Below, piece by piece: positions 53,299 to 64,000 of a stretch of 64,000 bases of DNA. Location of the stretch: assembly GCA_964057225.1 (NCBI GenBank), contig OZ059894.1, forward strand, positions 7,316,001-7,380,000. The letters are read 5' to 3'. The stretch is from Auanema rhodensis (lineage: Eukaryota; Animalia; Nematoda). The notes below the pieces were generated by a model, which saw only the letters and a program-made list of their open reading frames with translations, searched no databases and was not told the origin of the DNA. Made by a program: the position numbers and the translations under genes. The stretch's first letter is position 1. Every line of letters begins with the position of its first letter.

Positions 53299-53893
53299 AG
53301 CTGTTACCGACTAAATCTTTCTTATCAATCATAACTAACACAATTAAAAACTTCTAAATCATATTGTCTATTGATTGCCATAAAATCTAAATGGCCATAA
53401 AATTGAAAAAAGATTATGAATTCTCAAATGATTTTAAATTAGTTTTAGGTATATAAAATATTTCCCAGTTACAACTGTATAATCCTCATCTTATATATTT
53501 CACTACAAGAAATTGAAGGCTTGTATGAGATTCGAATTCTTAATTGTACTTCTTAATCCGGTTTATATAGATGATGAAGTTCCTGCTGCTCAAAGCTCAC
53601 AGTTCAGGATAAAAATTAACTTTTGTTCACTCTTTGCATAAATTTTTCACCTGACCAAACCGTTTGGCTCGAATCGGCTCAGATCCGCCCAATGTATCGT
53701 TATGTTTTAAATTTCACGAAAAAATAACGAACAGTTTAGAGATAGAATAAAAAAAACGTTGTGAACATGGTTTGTACAAGGAAAATGAGAATCTAGATGT
53801 TATTGATGAATTTTTTACATTTTTTGATTCTGGCCATAATTATTATTTATCTTATATTTGATTGCAAATAAAAAAAAACAAAAAAAATACAAA

Positions 53894-55943
53894 TTAAGCA
53901 TGACTGTCATCTTCATACGCAATCCATTTCATATGAAAACCACTAAGATTGATATTTCTATCTGATCGGAATGTCATCCAAACTTTTTCACTACCTGCTG
54001 TTAAGTTATGTGCAAAAATGTGACCAGACGCACTGTAAAAAATTTAAAAATTTTAAATTCATAGTTTTATAAAAAGTTTGAAAAAAGAAAAGGAGGTTTG
54101 TTGAGGTTTGTTGAGGTTTGTTAAAGTTTCTTAAGGTTTGTTAAGGTTTGTTAAAGTTTGTTACAGTTTGTTAAAGTTTCTTGAGGTTTGTTGAGGTTTG
54201 TTAAGGTTTGTTGAAGTTTGTTAAGGTTTGTTGAGTTTTGTTAAGGTTTGTTAAGGTTTGATAAAGTTTGTTAAAGTATCTTAAGGTTTGTTAAGTTTTG
54301 TCGAGGTTGGTTGAAGTTTTTGAGGTTTATTAAAGTTTGTTAAAGTTTGTAAGATATATAAGATAAGTTAAATGATTTCTTACCTCATTAATAGAATTCT
54401 TTCATCACTATCTGGTTCTGCTTGACAATACATTTCGACTCTGTCAACATTAGGTTCAGTATTGAAATCATCTATTTGAATTGAAATCTGACGAAAAATA
54501 AAAATTAAAAGATTTATGTATATGATCTAACTAAAGTTCCAGGTGGTCCTTCTATGTAATAATTCTGATGAACTAGATCAGGATAATTATTTGGATAGTT
54601 AAGTGAAGTAATATCTCCAGATGTTCCAGTTTGTCGAATTTCCGGATAATTTGGACTAAAATAGTATTATGTGAAGTTGATTCAATCATTTCTTACACAG
54701 CTATGAACGAAGCTTTGAAACCTTTATTTGGAGCATTAGCATCAGTACGGAATAGTACTGTCATCATATTTCCAATTGAATCATAAGTGTTTTTTTCTGA
54801 TAGATCATGTCCAAGGTAACTGAAAAATAATAAAATTAAAATTAATTATTTCATATAATTTATGAGAAAAAATATTTTTTTCTTTTCAAACTCACTAATG
54901 AATATAATTTCTGGTATCTGTCGTATTTCCTTCATATAAAATAATATAATCAGGATATCCATGAACATCATAATCATCGAATATCAAACTAATGAATGAA
55001 GTATTTACAGGAGCTACAACATCATGAAGATATACACTTCTACTGAATATTCTTACCAACGAGAAGCCAAACACAGGTTACATCATTATAATAATTATTT
55101 GGATAATTTGGACTTGTGAACGTTCCTGATTCACCTTGAATTGTGACCACACCCTCACAGCTGAAATATTATCTTCATAGACCGAATTAATCTTTGAAAA
55201 TTTGCAAAAACACATTCAAGTAAACTGATTATGCTACAAGATTTTTGTATTATTTACATTTTTGGTCGATATGTACAAAGCGGGTACTGAATATCAGAGC
55301 ATGGGGCTGTTGTTAAACCAGAATCGTTCACATTTAAGGGAACACGGAATACTGTACAATCACCGTTTTTACTGGGTTCTCCTTAATTTATTCTTTCATT
55401 TTCATTAACTATGTTCAGTATGCTATTGATATTTTGAAAAATCGTTGTACCTAATCCCCAGTAATTCCCAATATCAGTTCCATCAGGCCATGTGAACTTG
55501 TCTACACCGCGTTTTGCGCCCGTCCATGGTGGGACGAACAGTGGTTGAGATGATTCTGAAGTTATGTAAGATGAATCCATGAATGCTCAATATAATCAGA
55601 CTGACTTATGAGTTCGCTATGATGATACTTATCACGAATTTCAGCTAGAATACCTCCTTTGCTCGCACAGAAAGCTTGAGCTTCATCATGATTAACTAAT
55701 GTGTCTCCTAAGAAAAAGCATGTACTAGATTCATGATTGAAAGTCCATCCTGTCACGTTTGGACACAAAGAAGAAGAATCTTGTGCCTTAGCTGAAAAAA
55801 CGGGAAAAAATTCGGAAAAAAACCAAAAAATGGAGGAAATGAAGCTTAAATGTTCATTTCAAACACCATTGTAGATGTGTTGAATATGACATACCCAGCT
55901 GTATGAAGCCGTAGAAAAACAGTAACAGAAGCTGAAACATCAT
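53894..55943 (-). CDS. Secreted C-type lectin + two CUB-like domains (clec-type), copy 2
   Basis: Same exon-intron structure as copy 1 with an intact frame, ending ..FRSDRNINLSGFHMKWIAYEDDSHA*. Start ATG at 55943 or 55940. Confidence 0.9.
54092..54350. repeat. 10-bp minisatellite (TTRARGTTTG)n, ~26 units, in the last intron of the second clec-CUB gene
   Basis: Direct tandem units such as TTGAGGTTTG, TTAAGGTTTG and TTAAAGTTTG. Confidence 0.95.
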
Positions 55944-56658
55944 CGATGCAAAATAAATCATTCTTATCAGTTATAACTAACACAATTAAAAACTTCTAAA
56001 TCATATTGATTGCTATGCATATGAATGTACATCTAGAGCATAGATTAAACATCTATAAAGAACTTCAGTTTAGTTGATCATCACATCATTTCAACACTTT
56101 TGTGATAAAAGTTCACAAGGAAATGAAATGAATAAGTCAATTGAAGAACTATCTTCTGCTAGTTTAACGATCGAATATCCTAATTCTTCACTGAAAAACA
56201 CATTTGGATTGAGGAGAAGTGGAAGAGTTTCAGGGTTTTTCATAAAAATTCCGACATAAAAACGAAAAAAATACAAAAAAAACTGGAAAATGGAAAAAAA
56301 AATTTATTCGAATGTCGAATAAGAATTTTGATATAAAAAGAATGTTACATATAGTAAATATGAATTGTTGTAATTATAACATAATTTTTATAAAAAAATC
56401 ATTCAAATGACTCATTTTCAAGAAAAAATGTTATTTTAAATATATTTCACATAAGTAAATGAGTAAATAAGTAAGTGATATGAATGAATTTTCGTAAATA
56501 TAATAAAGAAATCGAGAGAAAAGTTGGATAAACGATATGTTATACACTAATCCTGATCAATTCCTCTCATTATCTTCGGAAAATAATTCAAAGTTTAATC
56601 AGGCATTTGACAAATATTTTTTGTTTTCTTGGCAACTTGAGCAGGTTTTCCGAATAAA

Positions 56659-58601
56659 TTAGCGAAGAAGAATACTTTCAGCAATCAATCTAGTTACTTG
56701 ATAAGGATCACAGTTTGATGATGGACGTCTATCTTCTAAGTAGCCCTGAATATTTCCAACACAGGTTACGGTAGGTTTACTCTACTTCGAACTCACCTTT
56801 CCTTCGGAAGCTACACCTCTTGGAATCCTAACCGATGCCGATCTATCAGCAACACCGAATGAGAATACTTCAGCAGAAGAAGTCTCATGAAGTCCTGTTA
56901 ATCTGAAAAGCAGATGTAACATCTAAGACGATGACAAACACTATCTAACCTATGTTTGTTGTCTTCGCCGTTATGAGGATCATATGCTTGGATACATTCT
57001 TTATGAGTAACAGCAAGTTTAGGCATGGCCTGTAATCAACCGTTAAGATAACAGATGCTTCTCAAGAACTTACAGCTTCAACGGCCTTCAAACCTCCTTC
57101 AGATCTCATCTCTTCCGTGGAGAAGTTACAATGGCATCCAGCACCATTCCAATCTCCCATTGTGGCCTAAAACACAAATATTCTCAGATAAGCGCGTTCA
57201 CAACCTCGTAAAACTAACCGTCGGCTTAGGATGGAACGTGACAGCAACTCCGAACTGTTCAGCAACTCTGTGGAGAAGATATCTCGCCATCCAAAGTTGA
57301 TCTCCCATATCAATGCCTTCACAACAACCTAGTTGGAATTCCCATTGTCCTGGTGTAACTTCTAGAAAAATCAATGAAAATTATGAAATTTTGTTCTAAG
57401 TGGTGACATGCCAGCGTTAATTCCAAAAAGTTCTAAGCCAGCATGAAGACATGCGCGATAATGAGCATTAACAACTTCCCGTCCAAATACTTTTGTAGCT
57501 CCAACCGCACAATAATATGGCCCTAAATGAAGGATGACCCAGATGGTTTATTGGAATAAACTATCATACCTTGAGGAGCTGGGTAGCCGTGCTTGGGCCA
57601 ACCAAGTGGATAGTCATCTCTGTCAAGGAGGAGATACTCTTGTTCCATTCCAAACCATGGCTTGTGTTTAGTAATTTTTTTCATAACATCATTACAAGCA
57701 GAACGATGGTTAGTAGCTGAAACAGAGAACATTCAAAGAGTTATAACTCAAAACATCCACTAACGAGCTGGTTTTCCAGTCTTATCGTAGGTTTCACACA
57801 GAACGAGTTTATGATTTCCACCCCAAAAGGGATCTGGATAAATGGCAGCTGGCTGAAAATGGACTCACTGAGCAAGGAACTCGGACACCACATGAAACTT
57901 ACAACTAGGTTCATATCAGAATCCATTCCCTTTGTTGCTTGATAGGTTGAAGATCCATCGAAACTCCATGATGGGTAATCTAAATCAGGTCTGATATACC
58001 GGAGATCACTCTTGACCAAAGACGTTTTAAAAGAAAGAAATTGCTCAAATTCATTGAACACAGAGACTTTGGAACTTGCATCTCTCAAATCATATTATTT
58101 CCCTCTTTTCACTCTCCAAAAAAACTTTTTTCTCAGCAAAAGTGAACATTTGGTCAGCAAACAGTTGCTTATCTGTACTCTCATTTGAACTCTGTGGTTT
58201 GATATGAAGTGATAGACTATCGTATTCACTGCTGGTCTTTCTGATTCCCCCCCCACTTTTCATGATTTCCTTGGATTTACGTAAATGAACTAACTCTTAG
58301 CATCTCCAGGATCACTGTTTAATGTACGAGTTTTCTCTCGCAAGTTTTCTCCAGTACCATCAATCCACACGTAAGTAGCCTATAAACACATCAATCCAAT
58401 CAATAATTCAAAGAAAATTTCCATTTCCTGCTCAGAAAGCGGAGAAAACGATGAGAGACTTACGAGAATTTTTTTTCCAGGAGTTTGTATGTCCAGAGAT
58501 TGGTTAATAATAGGTGTTCCTAATGGTAATTTAGTGAAATGTGATGAAAACCTGACAGATCCTGTGGCAAAACGAGATAAACTCTTCATGGTTGACATCA
58601 T
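56659..58601 (-). CDS. Glutamine synthetase type II (gln family) with an N-terminal extension
   Basis: Eleven exons join in frame, one via a GC-AG intron. Motifs [79 protein letters not shown] and [15 protein letters not shown]. Confidence 0.95.
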
Positions 58602-58809
58602 TTTGAGTTTTTTTGAATTCTATAATGAATTTCAGTGAAAATGAGCCAAATTGAAGAAAATGAAACGGAAAGATGAGAATACAAGAGAAAATGAATAAGA
58701 AATGCTGATTCTTCAAACAAAGTTCAAGAAGAAAAGGAAAACTTGCCAGGTTTTGGAAAAAAAAGATTTGCGAGAATTGGGCAACGTTGGGAGAATACAA
58801 CCAACACTA

Positions 58810-58861
58810 CACGTCTGGGATCAACAAATGAAGTTCACGTGACCACGTGGGTTTCACGTCA
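58810..58861. promoter_or_regulatory. E-box cluster upstream of glutamine synthetase
   Basis: TCACGTGA (58835), CCACGTGG (58843), TCACGTCA (58854) and CACGTC (58810), 210-260 bp 5' of the start codon. Confidence 0.55.
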
Positions 58862-60975
58862 ACGGCGTATCTATCAACAGCTGTAGCGTGTATAAGGAAG
58901 AAAGGGTCAGAATAGAAAAATCAATAAAATCAATATAAATTATAATAAAAAGTTCTTTTTTTTGGTTGAAAATACAAGAGATAGGAGGTTTTTGATCTTT
59001 TGGTTATGTAAAGTCAACAGAACTAGAGGCCGGGGTTAAGGGGTTACAAGTTACTGATAAGAGAAAAAACCTTTGAGAGCAGTTCAGAAGGTTTCGAGCT
59101 ATTTGGACCATAGCAAGGTTCACTTGACGAGATATGAAAAGGACATCTGCAAGCTGAAACTATTAGGAACAAAGCCTAAGAGAGAGGATGTGATGGAGAG
59201 ATCAGCAGACGAACAAGAGAGCTAGACATAATGGTTAGAATGGAGAGCGCATGAGAGAAGATATGAGATGTTCAGTCTCCTGATCCATCTGCTCACTCGT
59301 AATGCCGTGAAGGAATAACAACTGACCAACACGTCTGGATTTCCCTTTTCATCTTTTGGTTTTTTGTATCTTAAAAGCCAATTTGATATGAGAAAATGAG
59401 ATTTCCCAGTGTAAAAGGTCAAAAAAGGAAAAGCTTTTGACTCAAAATGAGTTAATCAATCAGAACTTTAAATTAAAATTTTTGAATTTACTTAGTTTGC
59501 TAGGAAAAAGATAAATATAGAAAGAGAAAAGGATAAGATTATGATAAACTAGTAGATATAGCCAATGATATGATCGATAGAAAGAAGGAAAAACACGAAC
59601 TTACAATGACTTGTTATCCATTTAGGCATTTTCATTAAGAAAATAACAAAGAAAAAGCAAAAACTACAAGGAAAGGAAGAAAAAAACAATTTTGGACAAC
59701 GAAATTGTTGAAAAAACGATATTTGTAGTTGAAACAGTTCAAATTGGATGTGAATGTCTTGGATTCAGATGAGAGGACGATCAAGATTATGCCATGAGCA
59801 GAAGACTTAGATAAGAGTGTTTGTGAACATCGAAGAAAATCATTAGAACATGCATTATCAATGAACAAGGCAGGATGATTTGAGTTTTGGAAAATTGCCA
59901 AAAGGAATTTAAATGTTGATACTCTCATAGTAGGTAAGAGGTAAACTGGAATCGATATGGTTTTCTCGATAAAATGCCCACAAATGATCATCACGTGAAT
60001 AGAACATGAATTGAACAGAAAAATAAAAGAATTTTAATTTATATGTTATAGTTAAGATATTAATTGATGAAATAATTGAAAGTTATAAGATAAAACGATG
60101 AAAATTATGAACTTTTTGATCAAAAAGTTTGATTTTAAATGACAAGACTGATGAATATTAATACTATATATAGTAATGATTTGAAAAAATAATATCAATC
60201 TCTTGAAACATGATAAGATAATTGCCCCGAGGACATTTATAAGGTTAACATATCATCCAAGAAATGATAAAAGAAATGAAATAATTATCTAATAAGATGT
60301 TATTAAAGCATTATTTCATGGCATTTTCTCAATTTTCGTTATGAACATCTCATGAAAATGAAACTATTTTCTTCATTTCTGTCATGAAAAAGCTAAAGTA
60401 GGGGCATTTGAATGTGAATTCACAGTGCATTGTACTCACTTTATCATTTATCAACGAAAATCAAAATGATAACATATCAAACTAAACAGAGATCATTATA
60501 TATATTTTTTTATTTTTATTATAGCTTTAGTTCATTATTAGTATATAAGATAGTAATATGAAATCGAAATAAAAACCTCAACATTACTTCAAAATTTAAA
60601 ACATAAAGAAATAATTTTTTTTTGATTTTAATTATGATCTATGTGTTGTAGTGTTGATATAAAGTAAATGTGTTACTAGTTTGTCGTGTTAGCTGTGTAA
60701 AACTTTGCTGTTCTGTTATTTTGATGTTCAATTGTAAAGGTTACCGATCAGCATTCGTTAGATGACCTGTAACTGCTGTTTGATTGAATTGAGAGGGTTT
60801 TAGCCGAGATGATATAACATCTGGTGGGCCCTATTTTGGTTTTTGGTGTTCTGCTCCCGATTTAATGTTGTGAAAATAAGTAAATAAGACTCAGAAGTAA
60901 AATAATTTATTTTGAGTAGAATGAGATTGTGAAGTATTGAACACAATATGAAAGTAATTATAATATTTTCAATAA

Positions 60976-61785
60976 TTAACAGAATCCACATGTCTTTGGA
61001 CATTCTGTTTTCATTAGTGAAGCATATGCGGAGTTTTTACAAAGGTAAGCCTTCTTGGAGCAATCTGATACTCCACTTGGTCCTGTTCTGTCGGCGCAAA
61101 CTGTTGTTGGAGTACCTGATACATTGAAAAGTAAATGATTAAAAAAAAATTGTTATTTACGTGTAGCGCCTCCGCAGAATCCGCAAGTTTTTGGGCATTG
61201 AACTCTCATAACATCGAAGTATACAGGATCAGAGCAGTATGAAACACGTTGTGGGCAGTCACTGATTTTTGTAGCTGGGTTGAGCAGATCAACACATCCA
61301 GTTGAAGTTGAGCCTGTGATGGATGAGCATCTGTTACATGTTTTTGGGCATTGATGAGTCATGAGGTCATAGTAAATTGGATCGTTGCAATAGCTCACTC
61401 TAGCGGGACAGTCAGATACTCCAGTTTTAGGATTAACAAGATCTAGGCAAATTACAGATGTAGATGTAGTTCTAGAGCCATTAGGTGTGGTAGCTCCAGC
61501 GGCAGTTGTGCCCGTGTTATTAGTGCCAGATGTAGTTGGAGCAGCAGTAGTATTTACACCTCCGTTGTCTAGAATAATATCTCCTGGTGGGCAACACGTA
61601 AATTCGTCATTGAAGGAAACGCATTGAAAGGTGGGATCTTCACACCGGAGGTTCATGCATGCTAAAACAAAAAAAATGAATTAATTGAATAAGTTAGTAT
61701 ACGTACGTAAAAAAGCCTCTGAACAGGTCGTAGCAGCATATGTTGCTGTAGCAAAGAACAAAATAGCAAGAATATTCTTGATCAT
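60976..61785 (-). CDS. Secreted ShK-domain protein (6-Cys N-terminal module, Thr-rich linker, three ShK domains)
   Basis: Exons 61785-61707, 61661-61161 and ~61115-60976. Signal peptide MIKNILAILFFATATYA; three repeats of CxD..SDC..YC/LC..M..CPKTCxxC. TATA-like sequence near 61865. Confidence 0.92.
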
Positions 61786-64000
61786 AGTTAATTATCCAAC
61801 TAGCCAAGCAAATGGAATATCAGAAGACGATGTTCGTTGTGATGAATTGTGCTTGTGCATTCCGTATATATAGCATTTGGATTGAGATGAAATACACACG
61901 ATAAGGAAACAATAGAAAATATTATTAAATTAGTTTAATTGTACAGTTTATATTTGCTTTGCTTATTTAAAATTTTGATATTGCATAGGAGGATACGATT
62001 CTCTCTCATTCGCTCCTGTAAAGTTTCTCGATTAATAGAGAGACAATAAATTAGTATAGTCAGAAAGTATGAATAGATACATAGATCGAAGAGATAAATA
62101 GAGATAGAAAGAGAAAAGTATGGAGAGATACATAAGAATTCTGTAGTACATTCAGAACGACATGAACAAAAAAGCAACAATGATTAAACCAATAAGATAA
62201 ATATTTGAAAAGAATTTAAAAAAAAAGCTAAACAAGTGAATGTTATAATCTCTTTATTTATACATATGTTTGACCATTTATACAATTATGTTGGACATGA
62301 TCTTTATTCATCTATTTAATAATTTTGTATAACATATTTAAATAAATATACGTTTACATTATAATTATTAAATATTATAAAAATTAATTAACGTATTTTT
62401 TCAAGCATATAATTAGCATTATAATTTTAGTTTTAATTATACAATATGAATTTGAAAAAAATTTGTCTCTCCCGTATATGTATAACCTTTTATAATTATT
62501 GATAAAGCATATAAACTCATTAAGTTCAGCATTATTAAGTTTGATTGTCTAATGATATACGGTTCTGATTATAAGTTTCAATTTATATCATTATGAAACG
62601 GAAGTAATTTTATTAAAAAGGTGGTAAATGATAAAATGAAATAAAAATTTACTTTCACCTTATTTGATGTCTTTTTTGTTTAAAATTGATTCTTATAATT
62701 ATATATATTCATATAGTACATATATACATAATATTATAAATTACTATTTTTAAAGTGCATTGTATAATAAGTTCATTTGTAAAATGATTCCTTTATATTG
62801 TTTCAGCTGCAGCTCAAACTGTCCATACATGCACACATGATGATGTTCTTTTCAAAGCACATTCATACTCTATACATGATAAATGTCATGTATAACGTAT
62901 ATAGTATAATCTTTATTGTTGATCTTTACGAAAAAGATGAAACAATTAATCTATATTTAGTTGCAGAATTTGTGGAGATGTATAATGATATTCGATAAAA
63001 AAATAATCAACAAAAGGTTTGAAGATTCTGATCAAATAGGATGAACTCTGAGAAAAACTCGCATCATCTTACTTAATTCAGTTTGTAGAAGTTGCACAAG
63101 TAAACTTTCGATGAATCAATCTAAACATACAAGACGGTGTTGGTCACTGTCATCATCTTATTTCTCATTTATCTTTTATTTTTTCAGAGAAAATGACGAA
63201 AATTTCGGAGTTAAACATGTAAAGTATGTAATATCTATATAATTCAACAAAAACTTTAGCAAATATAGCAACTGTAACACTTGAAACAAGGTTAATCTTT
63301 ATTCTTTTCAATGAAGATTTTTTTCTGAATGAACTTTTACAAATTTATTCAATTATTATGAGTAAAATAATAATTTAAATGAAATATATAACACTTAACT
63401 TCATTCTCGTGAAATAACTCTAAAAAGTTATATTAATGTTTTAAAAGCTTACCATAGAAATGAGTTCAAAGGATGTTTGCTCGAATTTGTTCAAATCTGT
63501 TCAATTCACCATTTCACGCAACGCTTCTTCTCTCAGACAATTCTTTCTGTTTGACACCACAAACTTCAGATAATATGAATGATTTTACTATCTACCTTAC
63601 TATCTTAACTTATTTACACATCGTAGTTTGAGTAAATTGTTAATAGAAAAGATTTATTTTTCTTCAAAGATGTTGAAGTAAGACTTCACAATTGCCACAA
63701 ATGATAACGGATGATTCATAGCAAGTATTCGGCCAAACAAAGAATGTGAAACTCACATTCTGAATAAATTCAATTGTGTTATAAGTATACATTCAAAGTA
63801 AACGAATCTTCTTTGAAATTCAAATAATTGACTGATCAGAAAACAATTTAAAACAATAATTTTGAAATGAGTGAAAAATATTTAAAACATTATGGGCCCT
63901 ACAGTGCATGAACTCTATTTACTTTACCTTTCTGAATTGAAACAACTCTTAATATAATTGTATTGACTTCCACATATTCCAACACAAACTACAGTATAAT

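Noticed and set aside
62785-63570. Isolated splice-site-like signals and short open frames near the window end
   Set aside because: They could not be joined into a stop-free gene model on either strand.
1-64000. CRISPR array, prokaryotic defence system, autonomous transposon or telomere-addition site
   Set aside because: The sequence is spliced eukaryotic DNA. I saw no repeat-spacer array, transposase or reverse-transcriptase ORF, or TTAGGC tract.

Overview
AT-rich, intron-dense eukaryotic DNA. TTTTCAG-type acceptors, many 40-50 nt introns and the gene families present point to a rhabditid-type nematode; the species cannot be determined from this window. Hand-splicing gives, in order: the 3' part of an EHD/rme-1 gene; a ChaC glutathione-specific gamma-glutamylcyclotransferase; an ~18 kb recent tandem array of ten secreted TIL (Ascaris-type) protease-inhibitor genes containing a degenerate tRNA-Cys; a class-A peptide GPCR; a PiT/SLC20 phosphate transporter; two tandem C-type lectin-CUB-CUB genes; a glutamine synthetase; and a triple-ShK secreted protein. 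Three things stand out. (1) The TIL array appears to diversify by patchwork exchange: near-identical copies differ in a ~46-bp patch that switches the predicted P1 residue between Leu and Arg, one copy has a swapped C-terminal exon, and one has an exact in-frame domain duplication. (2) ChaC has dense candidate stress-regulatory architecture: a HIF-type element cluster, an inverted pair of identical 16-mers containing the ATF4-type CARE, and a possible overlapping uORF. (3) A palindromic GACCGGTC module recurs three times around the phosphate transporter. All gene models and alignments were made by eye, without database searches or RNA evidence.
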